Source of the DNA: Spirogloea muscicola
Taxonomy: Eukaryota
NCBI GenBank assembly: GCA_009602725.1
Contig: WELB01000026.1
Location: forward strand, 345,990 to 377,701
Length of the DNA stretch: 31,712 nt
Reading direction: 5' to 3'
Shown: positions 1 through 10,919 of the stretch, piece by piece
Numbering within the stretch: the stretch's first letter is position 1
Layout: each line of letters begins with the position of its first letter
Notes under the pieces: generated by a model
Databases searched by the model: none
Seen by the model: the letters and a program-made list of their open reading frames with translations, nothing else
What the model was told of the DNA's origin: nothing
Position numbers and translations under genes: made by a program

Positions 1-85
1 TTGTACTAAGCAATAACAGCCTACCTGTCCTATGCCCTTGCGTTATGCATATCCACAACTGATCAACTTGGACCTTTTGCTGCAG

Positions 86-2013
86 GCGTCATTGATGACA
101 CAGTCATCTCAAAGCTGGCCGATGATCACATCTACCTAGTTCTAAATGCTGGCTGCCGTGACAAGGACCTAGGTGAGCCTTCACTTGCTCCTCAGCTTGT
201 AAGCAGCCTCAAATTGTAGCAATTGCTTCTTGTTCTTGGTCGCTCGATCGCTGTTGTCAGGTGGATGTAGATGGCACATCCATGACGTACATATTGCTCT
301 GTTTGCCTGAAATCTGGTGCGGAAGTTGAAGCACCAATCCTGACATTTGTGTTTGTCAGAGCATATTGAGAAGCATCTAAAGCCGTATCAGGGCAAAGGC
401 AAGGACGTAGCGTGGCACATACACGATGACCGGTCCTTGCTGGCCCTTCAAGGCCCCCTTGCGCCTTCAGCCCTCCAGAAGCTGACTACAGAGGACCTCA
501 GCAAGCTCTACTTCAGCGACATTAAGCTGACAAAAATAAATGGGGCAGACTGCTTCTTGACACGCACAGGGTGAGCGTAGAGCAGCTACTGGGGTTTTGC
601 ATATGTTTGCATGTTGTGCATTGATCTTAGATCTCTACTACCTATTATTGTCTAGCAATACTTAGTAACCAGCATTGTTGTTAGCAAGACAACCTGAGAT
701 TGTCCCATGTTGTAGCAGTCTTTTTATCTATTGCCGGCATGCCCATGTGCCTACTCGAGTGTGATGTGCAAGAGGTCACTACCAACATGCCCACGTGCCT
801 GCTTAAGTTTCTTGATGCAAACAGGTACACTGGCGAGGATGGATTTGAGATCTCTGTTCCCTCTGAGCATGCTGTGGAGCTTGCAAAGAAGATATTGGAA
901 GCATCTGAAGACAAGGTAAGATTGACAGGTCTTGGAGCAAGAGACAGCTTGCGATTGGAGGCGGGCCTCTGCCTGTATGGCAACGACCTGGAGCAACATG
1001 TCACGCCAATTGAGGCTGGGCTCGCTTGGACAGTCGGCAAGAGGTGCGCATCTCAAAGCTGTCATGTTAGACGGTCCTGCTTGACTATGTTGCTTGTTGG
1101 GCTTGCATGCTTACAAAGATTTATTCTCAATGGAAGCAGCACTTACGCTTGTCATCACATGGGTTTTGAGTACCATCAAAATGCTGTGTGATGTGAGCCA
1201 CTCTTGCAGACGACGCTCAGAGGGAGGCTTCCTTGGCTCTGACACTATACTGAAGCAAATTTCAGAGGGTCCCTCCATCAGGCGTGTTGGCATCATATCG
1301 AGTGGTGCTCCTGCTCGCCAGTACGTCTCTGCCGGTTCACCGGATAGGAGGGTAGTCACATCGCAAGCTCACGATGTTCATATAGTATGCAGGCCAGCTA
1401 GCAATGTCCGCTTTTGCCTCTCCATCAGCTTGTAGAAGCATGCCAAGCCAGTAGGAAGGCAGCTGGTAATCGGATTGGTGGCGGCACTCATGCAGTCATG
1501 CAGAGATCCTTGACGAGGCTGGCAATCAGGCTCTTGGCGAGGTCACTTCTGGAGGATTTAGCCCGTGTTTGAAGAAGAATATAGCCATGGGCTATGTGAA
1601 AAGTGGAAATCACAAAAGTGGCACACAACTCAAGGTTCGTGTGTTTTGGAAAGTTTTCTTGAGACCACCTCAGGGTGTTCATGTGACGCAGGCCAGTAGA
1701 GTGAAACATGTAATGCAGAAGCTAGCACTTACTGATAGGGAAAGATTGAAGAAAGTGCGTAGTAGACTAGATTACTTTGTCTTTGTCTTTCTCGAGCGAG
1801 TTGTACCTTCCACGACCAACTTGATGTTGACCACAAGGCATTTCCAGGCCACGTGCTTCTCTCTGCTCGACACCCCTTGACAAGGCCCTCTGGAACTCAT
1901 CATCTGGAACGCTGTGCCATCTTTCAATTTGGCAGGTGAAAGTTCGCGGCAAGGTCAATGACGGAGTCGTAACCAAGATGCCATTTGTGCCGACCAAATA
2001 TTACAAGGGCTGA
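86..2013 (+). CDS. gcvT: Glycine cleavage system T protein (aminomethyltransferase), 3' part; 5' exons lie upstream of the window
   Basis: GT-AG exons 86-172, 360-570, 825-1043, 1210-1320, 1496-1634 and 1936-2013 join in frame. Motifs: [88 protein letters not shown]. Confidence 0.97.
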
Positions 2014-2669
2014 CCTTGGTCAGGCAAGCCACTTGCTTAGCTGTCTTGCAGTATTTGAGAGACTTTTTGCACCATCAATATGCACCCAGCTCATTTGACC
2101 TGGGACCTGGTACAGACCCTGCTGCAAGTGACACCTCTTCTTTTCATTGCCTGGAAGAGGAGATTGCCTCTTCATCATCATTCTAGTCTACTATCTCAAT
2201 TGTCGCCATCAGCATTTCAAAATCTGCTACATGAGCACTGCAGCAGCAGAAGCTCAAGGAAAGAGGGCAAGGGGATGGGGCTTCCTATTGCCGCTTCTCA
2301 ATTGCTGCTGCTGATGCACCTCTTCCAGGGACCAAGGTCCTGGCGCCCAATTAGGGCGCTGGCTGTTAGATGCATTTACAGAGTAGCTGCACACTGACTG
2401 GCTACGGAAGGGAGGACCTGTGGCAAATACTGCGCGATCTCGTCTCACCACCCACTGAGTACTATCAACCTACCGTGACCTCCTAGTCTGTGGATAAATG
2501 CCCCCATGATTTGATGCACAGAGGATCTTGGCAAAGGGAGGTATGCAAGGTGGCTTATGGTGGGAATTGTTATGCTGCAGCACAAGTGCCGACTCCTAGC
2601 CTCGTCATAGCAAAGCAGCAACCCGGCAGACGAAGAAGGGTGCTGTGAGCAGCTTGTGTGACAGGCTCA

Positions 2670-5470
2670 TCACATGTTGAGCGTACGGCAGAGATCTGAG
2701 ATGTCTGCCCATTGACCCTCAAACTTCTTCAAGAATGGATGGCTCTGCAGAAGAGGAAAAGCAAGTCTACCCTGTCAGTAGCAGGACTCTGAAAGTTGGG
2801 GCTAAGGTTATCGTGGTGAGAAGCCCTTGTGCTTCTTGACACACACAAACCCTACACCCTTGCTGGCACAACCTCACTGTGACTTCAGAGCTATGAATAC
2901 AAAGAGCTTGCTGTGAGTGTCTTGTGCAGACTAATCAGGTTTTGGGCCTTGTTGTGCAAGGCCCCTACCGGCTTTCTGACAGAGCTTCTGCAGCTCTGTG
3001 CCGCTGACAGACCCAAATACTGCCTAACACCCAGTAAAGTTTGTGAAGCTCACCAGAAGGTTGACAGGGGAAGGCCGACTTTCAGGATCCTTGCTCAAGC
3101 TGCGCACAAGTAGCATTGAGCATGCAGAGTAAGCTTGACAGAAAGTGCTTGTGGACATTCTCTGTCTTTCAGTAATAATCAAACAGGGAAGGCAGGCTTG
3201 CTGTTGACTTGTTCGTCATGAGCTACTTAAGAGGGCTCTCGACAGCAAACACAAGCTTGAAGGTGCCAGGAATGTAGTCTCTACCTTGGGCTGGGAGTAA
3301 GGGCTGGGGCATTCTTGCTTCAATCAGGTTTTGCAACACTCAGGTGCAACCGACATCAGCTGAAGCTGCAACAGTCTCATAAGCATTCACGTCTTTGTCA
3401 GGCTTTGCTTAGGTCACGCACCACCATGAGACAAAGGATGAGAAGTCTTCGGAGTAGTCAGCAACGCCGGTGGAGGGCACTTCCATGTTGACAATGGCCT
3501 TCAGGACCGCTGGCAGGGAAGCATCAGGAGCGGCCACCGGAGCTGTGCTGCTGGCATCGGCCAGTTCTGCAGGCGGCCCAACCGGCGCCGTCAGGGCAGA
3601 CGCTGGAACGAACGGGTGCCGGCCGAGGGCGAGCTCAAGCAGGGACACCCCCAGGGCCCAGATGTCGTCGCCTGGCGCTGGGAGGCTGCCTTTGATGGCC
3701 TCCGGCTGCAGTCAAGTGGTTCAGAGTGTAAAGCGTAGGATTCAGTTGAGAAGCCAAGAGGGGTGCCAGATGCCGGCAGTTTCTGCATTTAGTGCAGGTG
3801 TGGCGCTCTGGCTGCAACAGCTGATGCCATGCAAATGACTGCAGTGTGCGGGCGCCTGCATTAAGCTTGCACCTCAATCCCAAGCCTGCTGAACGTAGAG
3901 TAGGAAGCCTGGCTACAATGCTGCAAATACTGAAGTATGATGCAGCAGTTGAAGTGAGGACTACAATGTTCATGAATCTAAGATTGACACGGGCGTAGCC
4001 AGATAAAGTTCTTGGGAGCTGAGCATCAGAACACGGGTTTTTGTCTAAGGTAGGCATTTTTAAATAATATACTGGCTCTAAGTGGGAATTGCATAGGCAG
4101 TGCTTGTATGGAATTTTGGAATGGTCAGCAATTCGACCCCTCACCGGCATGTACGAGGCTAGGCCTCCAAACGTGGCAGGTTGGCCTGCCAGTGGATCAA
4201 GGAATGGCCGCAGCCCATAGTCAGTCAGCTTCACTTCACCCTTGTGATTGACCAGGATGTTGGCGGGCTTCACATTGCCATGCACAATGCTGTGGTTGTG
4301 CAGGTACAGGATGCCCGCTAGCACCTGCGCTTAGAGCAAAGTTAGACTGTCAGTCGGTCGAACACTCACAATAAAGTGCACACATTCCTTGACCTCGTAC
4401 AGAAAGTCAATCTGCATTCAGGCTCAAGTCCAAGGCATGAAGACAGCCGCCAAGAGTCAAAGCAACCTGCTTGGCAAGGGTGGCAAGGTAGAGCTCTGGC
4501 AGCTGCCGGCAGGCGTGAGCAATGTCGGCGACACTGCCGCGGTCCGCATACTCCCAGATAATGGACGTCTGGCTGCCGACGAGCACCGCACGATAGCAGA
4601 TGGCGAGGTACGGGCAAGCCGCGCCGTGGTTGGCGTCCAGCTCTGCAGTCATGCTCTCCCGCCTTGCCTCGGGGATGCCAAACGGGAGCGTCTAGCAAGC
4701 AGTGCAGCCGAGTCAGACGTGCATTCGGACCCTGGCGTCTCAGAGTCAGCATCCATGCAAGATCCTGTAGCATGAACCGACGGTGAAAATTGAGTTGAGG
4801 TCAGGTGCTCTAAGTTGGACCCGAAAGCCCGACTGATTGACAGCAATCAACAGCCTAAAGCCATAACCTCAATATGAACAGGTGTTGTCAATGACTGAGC
4901 GGGTGCCCATTGGTGGGAGCTGGCCGCCAACCTTGAGGGCATACAGGTCATTGGTCCAGCGGTGCTGCACGAGCTGCGTGATGCCGCTGCCTTTGCCGAT
5001 GACGCGGATCGCCTCAAGGTCGGCAAGCCCCACCAGGTTATTCAGAGGCTGCAGGACAGGGCAGGAGGAGGGAGCGTCGGTGGCCGCACTCAGGAGCACG
5101 ATGTGCATTCGTTGGGCGCCCACCATTCTGGCAGCGGTGATGGACGGAGCAGGCGGTGGTGCGTACGCTTGGGCTCTCGCACGGCCCGGCTGCAAAGGCC
5201 TCCGCCTCGCCTGCTGGACCGCCCTTGGACCTGGCCAAGCAGCAGGCGTCGGCTTGGAGCTCAGTGCCAACGTCATGCTCGGCAGACAATGGCTGCAATC
5301 GACTTCCGTCGTTCGCTGGGACATGTGCTGACCAGCAGCGGTGATAGCCTTGCAGGCGGCAGCAGCAGAGCTTGCACTCACAGGACGGCGTCTGGGTTCG
5401 GGCGCGCAACGGCGAGCTTGAGGCCGCTGGCGGGGGTGCGCAGGGACGAGCTCTGGCGCGTCAAAGGCAT
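2670..5470 (-). CDS. Group A (MKK1/2/6-like) MAP kinase kinase, 359 aa, predicted pseudokinase (HRD>HGN)
   Basis: Eight GT-AG exons (5470-5382, 5230-5167, 5048-4932, 4691-4467, 4324-4145, 3705-3422, 3099-3054, 2744-2670) sum to 1080 nt with no internal stop. Motifs: N-terminal [97 protein letters not shown]. Confidence 0.92.
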
Positions 5471-5605
5471 TATGGCGCCTCTGAGGCCGAGTTGCAGGGA
5501 GGGAAGGGGGTTCGATGGAGGGACAGGCGGACAGGAGACTACAAGCCAAAGCGTTCAGGGGTGAGGCGTGCCCAGCTTCGTGATATCCTCCTGAGGGAAA
5601 GAGGG

Positions 5606-5607
<2 letters not shown>

Positions 5608-5687
<80 letters not shown>

Positions 5688-5770
5688 GCGAGAGTGAGAG
5701 CGAGAGCGAGAGCGAGCGAGGGGAGAGAGAGAGAGAGAAGCGAGAGCGAGAGCGGGGGCGAGACGAGAGA
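5608..5770. repeat. (GA)n microsatellite degrading into GAGC/GAGAGC units, upstream of the MKK-like start
   Basis: Directly visible dinucleotide run. Confidence 0.95.
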
Positions 5771-5815
5771 GCGCGGGGGGTGGTATGGAACAGTACCAAC
5801 CTCTGCTGACAAGAG

Positions 5816-5874
5816 GCAAGCGCGGCCAGATTAACTGGTGGCTGGGAGAGGCCAGCCCAACGGAATGGACAAGG
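5816..5874 (-). repeat. Retroelement tail module; inverted near-identical copy of 6593-6651
   Basis: The reverse complement reads CCTTGTCCATTCCGTTGGGCTGGCCTCTCCCAGCCACCAGTTAATCTGGCCGCGCTTGC and differs from 6593-6651 at only 2 positions. Confidence 0.9.
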
Positions 5875-6260
5875 ACAAGGGTGGAGGGATTTAGGTCGTG
5901 GATTTAGGTGACGGGTCAGGGTTACGGGCTTGAGGACCAAGGCCAGCTCTAAGAGTAGCTCTGCAACCCCTCTTGGAAACCGCTGTTTCTCTATAAGGAG
6001 GCAGTGGGTGTAATATGCCGCCCAGAAATAGTGAACAAGGTCACACTCAAATTCGACCGAAAGCGCAAGCCACCAGATATATTTATTGGCTACAACGGTA
6101 AGCCAGCTCGCAGTCTCGATTGTGTCCATTCTTTCACAGCCTTTGGGAGAGCCACTTCTTCTTTGGGAGAGGAAGACCCGTGCAGCCAACGGTGTCAAGT
6201 GCGGCTGTTTGGACTCTTCAGCTCTTTGGACATTCTTGTTGGGCTGGCCTTTACGCAGTG

Positions 6261-6337
6261 AGCTACTCAGACCTGATGTTGCTCACTCGTGGGTACTGAG
6301 CTTCGCTCTGCATCATCTATTCTGCAGTGTTTTGTAG
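6261..6337 (+). mobile_element. Very short 3' remnant of a CRE-like non-LTR retrotransposon (last 12 codons plus start of 3' UTR)
   Basis: 6261-6299 encodes SYSDLMLLTRGY*, matching the C-termini of the other copies (SYSDLHLLTRGY*, SLSDLRLLTRNY*, SSSDFLLLTRGY*). Confidence 0.7.
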
Positions 6338-6770
6338 TCGGGCGAGCAGCCTGGCATCCATGTCGCCGGGTCCCTCGCCCAAGTTTACCGGATGCGCCTG
6401 GCCGTCTCTTTGCAGCGGTCCCTAGCTTTTGCGGTCCACTTGCGCGCAGGCCGCGCTCTGGCGGCGGCCTCCGGCTTCCGTCAGGGCGACGTCTTTCCGC
6501 CTGCTAGCTACTCAGACTTGCATCTACTGACGAGAGGTTACTGAGAGTTCGCTTACTGCTGTCTCAGTCCTTAGCACTCCGACTCCTTCAGACCTTGTCC
6601 ATTCTTTTGGGCTGGCCTCTCCCAGCCACCAGTTAATCTGGCCGCGCTTGCTCTCTTTGTAGTGTAGTCCTTTTTCCGGCTCCTCTTTCTTTGGCTTTGG
6701 TCATTGCCCATTCTTTTTTTGGCTGGCTTTGCCAGCCCCTCTTCTCTATGGGCGCGAACTTCACCTTTAC
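6338..6770 (+). mobile_element. 5'-truncated CRE-like non-LTR retrotransposon (ORF C-terminus plus 3' UTR)
   Basis: 6338-6544 encodes ..AQVYRMRLAVSLQRSLAFAVHLRAGRALAAASGFRQGDVFPPASYSDLHLLTRGY*, homologous to the end of the ORF at 14623-15372. Two tail hairpins follow (6610, 6721). Confidence 0.8.
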
Positions 6771-6774
6771 CAGT

Positions 6775-7500
6775 CGTGGCTGCAGATGAGTTCGTCCCCC
6801 TGGCTGTGGACGTGCACGGGGCTCTCGGGTCCCAGTGGCTCGACCTGCTGGCCACGCTTGCGCGGCGCGCTGTGTCCCGCAGGCGCGGCGAGCCGGCTGA
6901 CTTCAATGCAGCTGGCTCGTGGGCTCAGGTATACCGAATGCGATTGTCCGTCTCCCTTCAGCGGTCCATGGCCCACGCCTTGGATCTGCGTGCTGGCCGT
7001 GCTCTCGCTCCCGCTGCGGCCTCCGTCTTCCGTCAGGGGGATAGTTATCCGGCAGCTAGCCTGTCGGATTTGAGGCTCCTCACTCGTAACTACTGAGTGG
7101 TCCATCCTCCCCCATTCTGACATAGCATCTTCATGCCCCTTGGTAGCTGCTCAGCGCTTTTTAGGCCCCTCCATCATTTGGCCCCTTCGAACCTTTGTTA
7201 ATTCTTTTTCGGGCTGGCTTTTCACAGCCCTTGCCCCCATTGGGAGTGCCACTTCTTTACCACTCGTACTCATTGAGTGATTCATCCTGCCCCAGTCCTG
7301 AGCTAGCACTTATGGCCCCTTCGTACTTTGGCCCCTTCGAACCTTGTCAATTCTTTTCGGGCTGGCTTATCACAGCCCTTGCCCCCTTTGGGAGAGCCAC
7401 TTTTCCAGCCACTCCCTGAAATTTGGAAGAGCTGTTCTTCTTGTCCATTGTTTGGACCTTGTTCATTCTTTTGGGGCTGGCCTTTCACAGCCATTACCTT
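6775..7500 (+). mobile_element. 5'-truncated CRE-like non-LTR retrotransposon with a tandemly duplicated 3' UTR
   Basis: Encodes DEFVPLAVDVHGALGSQWLDLL..YRMRLSVSLQRS..LLTRNY* (stop at 7096). The 3' UTR holds an ~150-bp-period duplication (about 7164-7256 and 7314-7404) and three hairpins (7212, 7360, 7475). Confidence 0.82.
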
Positions 7501-8425
7501 AAATAGGACGAGTTTCCTCTTTGATGGATGAGCAGTCCTCCATATATGACTGTAAATTGTGGGCTGAACCCTCAGACCACATAGTCCCACACTACGTCAA
7601 TCTCTCCTGACCCCCTCTGCATATCAAGTAGGGCGCCTTTCTGGCGGCTGCCGTTCTTCCAGCCAACGACAGGCGACTTTCTGCGCAGCCTACTTGCAGC
7701 AGGACGGTCTGTCACCATCGCACTGCTGCCGCCCATGCTGCCAACGGCGCCACTGAGGTTGCGGTGCTTAGCCGTCACGTAGCCAGTGCAGATATCTCGA
7801 AGGTGAGTGGCAGCTTGGTAAGCGCTGTTTCCCCTCGCGCTCAGGTCTCAGAGCCACAGCAAGCGCAAGCAGGACTCATCCCACTTCATGTTCATGTTGC
7901 GTGGCAGTGGGCACTCCAGCATTCAGCATTCACACACAACGTTTACGTCTCAACAGCCCTTGAGAATGACTAGTGCATGCAAAAATCCAAGTTTGACTCA
8001 CGGCAAGGTAAACGTGTTGGTCCACGAGCTAAAGGTTCCACTACCACCTTCCATGACTGATGCTCTGATCCTCTGGACATCCACTTGCAAACACAACTAA
8101 CGCTTTTGTATGGTCATGGAAGCAATCAGCAGGCCCACGATAGTTACTAACATTTCTTTTTGGTTTGCAATATTGACGAGAAACGAGCAAGCCCTGAAGA
8201 GATGCAAAGCGGCTGCAAGGACCTAGTGAAGGTGACACGTTGTGCACCACCGAAGCCTTTACCGTTCAAACAATGTAATGCGCAACTGTAATTGGTTGCA
8301 AAAGAATGACGCAGATCACAATTCTGCAGTGTCGGTCTTGGCCATTGTGCAGACTGAAAGAATGAGCAATAATCGGTGGCAGGTGAGTGTCCAGGGGGGA
8401 GCTCCATAAGCGCTGCCGTGGAAGA

Positions 8426-9916
8426 TCACCACTTGGGTACCACAGCGCCAGTGATGAAGGGAAACAGAGGTCGATCAATCTGCTGATGTTGTAGCGGCGG
8501 CGGCGGCGGAGGCGGCGGCGGCGGCGGCGGCGGCGGCGGTTGCGCAGGGGCGACTGGCTGGACGAAGAGCTCGGCGGCGGCGGCCTGTGCCTCCTCCACG
8601 GCGGCGCGGCAGGCGGCCAAGTGGCCTTCCTTCCAGTCGAGCGCCTGGCAGCCGCGCGAGCAGTAGGAGGGGAGGCCGCAGGCGGAGCAGCACCGGAACT
8701 CGTGGGCGCGCGTCTCTCGGCGGCCGCAGCGCAGGCTGCCGCAGGCCTTGAGGCCTGGCGGCGGCGGCAGCAGGGCCGCCCAGGAGACCAGGAAGGCGTG
8801 AGCCGGGTGCACCGGCGTCGCCGGGATGGCGCACCCAAAGTCCGACAGCAGCGGGCACAGCAGCGCACACAGCCGCCGCAGAGGGCTTGCTTCCGCAGCT
8901 GGCACCACGCCCGTCAGCTGCCCCACCATCCGCAGCGGGCTCTCCACCAGCTGCTCCACCATCCGCAGCGGGCTCTCCACATGCCAAACTCCGGAGGCCG
9001 GCGCCAGTGCTGCCGCCGACGTCGACGCACCACCGGACGTGGCCGCTGCGGCAGGCATGGCACCTGCCTGGAGTGGCTCCTCATCCAACGTCAACGGAGC
9101 CGGTTGGTGCTGGCTGTGCGCCTCCGCCACATTGGCAGCAGCGGCGTCGGCGGCCACTACAGCAGCCGCTCCAGCGCCGGCGACCTCCTCGGCAGGTATG
9201 ACGGCCGCGGTGAGCGCCTCGACAGCAGCTGAGACTGCGGCTGCGGTCGGTGACAGCAGGGCAGCAGAGGCAGCGGCAGCCGCGACCGTTGCCGCCAGCG
9301 GCGACGTCGTGCGGAGGAGCTTGGACGTCAGCCGGGCTGGCTGCAGCGATGCCGGCCTCGACGACGGCGACATCAGTCCCCCAATTGGCTGCTCTTCGCT
9401 GTGCCGCAGGCCGCCTGCTGCATGCGTTGATGTACTGGTCCCCTCCGAGTCGGCAGCCATGGAGCTCTCCGCGAGCACTGCGCTGGCGGCGCTCCTGTCA
9501 GCACCTGCCGGCACGGTTCCCTCCGGCTGCTGCGCCCGCTCGTTGTCACCTGTAGCTGGACGAGGCACCGCTGACATGGCTGCGCAGAGCAGCGCATTGG
9601 CACGCTCGCGCTCGTGTGCAGCCTCGCGTAGGTTCGCCTCGATTAGCAGCCGGCGGCCCTCGACAATGTCCTGCTGCACGCCATACCCGTCCTGGAGGCA
9701 GTGCCCGAGCTCACGCAGGGCCTCCACATGTCCGCGCTTCGCGGCGGTCGCACACAGGACCACACCAGCGGCCGCATTGCGGTCGTTGCGTGTACCACCG
9801 CTGCCATTGAATTGGATGATGGCCAATGCATGCAGCGCGCCCACGTGGCCCGCAATTGCCGCCTGCGTGAGCAGTGCTGCGCCCCCCTCACGGTCATCTC
9901 CACAGTAGAAGTAAAT
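8426..9916 (-). CDS. F-box/SEL1-repeat/MYND zinc-finger protein (At1g67340/At5g50450 family), terminal exon only
   Basis: Acceptor CAG then IYFYCGDDREGGAALL..AIIQFNGSGG..ALRELGHCLQDGYGV..EGRRLLIEAN, LLSDFGC, HPAHAFL and MYND CGRRETRAHEFRCCSACGLPSYCSRGCQALDWKEGHLAAC. The exon boundary matches the paralog at 25315. F-box exons were not found in the sequenced bases. Confidence 0.88.
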   Translation of the reverse strand: MYFYCGDDREGGAALLTQAAIAGHVGALHALAIIQFNGSGGTRNDRNAAAGVVLCATAAKRGHVEALRELGHCLQDGYGVQQDIVEGRRLLIEANLREAAHERERANALLCAAMSAVPRPATGDNERAQQPEGTVPAGADRSAASAVLAESSMAADSEGTSTSTHAAGGLRHSEEQPIGGLMSPSSRPASLQPARLTSKLLRTTSPLAATVAAAAASAALLSPTAAAVSAAVEALTAAVIPAEEVAGAGAAAVVAADAAAANVAEAHSQHQPAPLTLDEEPLQAGAMPAAAATSGGASTSAAALAPASGVWHVESPLRMVEQLVESPLRMVGQLTGVVPAAEASPLRRLCALLCPLLSDFGCAIPATPVHPAHAFLVSWAALLPPPPGLKACGSLRCGRRETRAHEFRCCSACGLPSYCSRGCQALDWKEGHLAACRAAVEEAQAAAAELFVQPVAPAQPPPPPPPPPPPPPPPLQHQQIDRPLFPFITGAVVPKW

Positions 9917-10123
9917 CTGCAAGGTGGTGCCGTCCACTGAGGAATGTTCAGCAGGATTCGAGAATGATGAGGCAAGAGAGAGGAGGTAGCAGAGAGGGGC
10001 GGAGGGAAGCGAGAAAAAGAAGAGGAGCAAAAGGAAAAGATGTGGTGTGACACAGAGTACACGCTGGGGAGAGCGCAAGCTGGGCTGCCGAGCAAGGTGG
10101 ACAAAGACGAGGAAGAGAGGGAA

Positions 10124-10125
<2 letters not shown>

Positions 10126-10175
<50 letters not shown>

Positions 10176-10195
10176 AGAGAGAGAGAGAGAGAGAG
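10126..10195. repeat. (GA)n microsatellite
   Basis: Directly visible. Confidence 0.95.
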
Positions 10196-10631
10196 CGGGC
10201 GTTGCATACACGCATCCACCTACACATGTATTCAGGTTTTTTGTAGTATATGTGTGTGCACGCTTTGCTTGCATACATGATCTTCCAAGCGGGGGGCTCA
10301 GCTGGCCGTTCAGACAAATGCAGGAGGCAGTAGAGCAGCAAGCCCGCAAAGCCGACTGCAAGCGAGCTCTGGAGCAGCTCCATGGCTCTAGGCAAAAGGA
10401 TAAGCAGCTGCTGTAAAGGAGTAGTGCTGTGCAAGGCTAGCCCACAAAGGATAGCCCACAAAGGCAAGAACAAGGTCCAAAAAGGTTGGAGGTCGTATAC
10501 CAGAAACGGAGCGACCACTGAGGATGGCCGCTCGGTAAACTCCCAATCCAGCAGCCGCAAGTCGGACATATAGCATGTTCCACCAATTCACCGAGTATTC
10601 GATGGTGGGCAAATTCATGAGTCCTATACAC

Positions 10632-10917
10632 AGCTGGGAAGAAACAGCCGGGAAGGGGCTGGGCCTGCCTCCGTGCAGTCCCAGGAGCCAGCTGCAGGAG
10701 GCGAGTTCGCGGAAAGTGGGGGGGGGCAGACCAACGAAGCCAGCCTGGATCTCCCCAACCTCTGGGCGTCCGCGCTGACCACCGCCTGCTGAGCCGCCCA
10801 AGGCGCGCAGCCCGCGCCGGAAGGCACGCTGCGTTAGCGGTCGCGCTTCCGGGACGTTAGCGGTCGCGGTGGCACGGCAGCGGTAGAGTCTGCGGTAGCG
10901 TGTGCCGGGGAGGGAGG
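10632..10917 (-). mobile_element. Possible divergent CRE-like retrotransposon 3' remnant
   Basis: Minus-strand YRCRATATANVPEARPLTQRAFR aligns without gaps to YRMRLSMSLQRSQALALHRRAGR (8/23 identical). A GGCTG-N8-CAGCT hairpin follows at 10649-10632. Confidence 0.35.
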
Positions 10918-10919
10918 TA

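Noticed and set aside
7211..7230. Resemblance of GGGCTGGCTTTTCACAGCCC to the histone 3' stem-loop
   Set aside because: The histone element has a 6-bp stem with a 4-nt loop after a histone ORF. Here the loop is 8 nt and no histone gene is present.
7164..7500. Palindromic repeats with spacers, superficially CRISPR-like
   Set aside because: Eukaryotic locus, irregular spacing, homologous rather than unique spacers, and no cas genes. These are retroelement 3' UTR repeats.
7600..8400. Possible exon ending AAG|GTGAGT at about 7802 and short ORFs
   Set aside because: No recognisable protein and no consistent exon chain.
8475..9908. Overlapping antisense and alternate-frame ORFs of 170-360 aa
   Set aside because: Shadow ORFs of a very GC-rich exon with no recognisable motifs.
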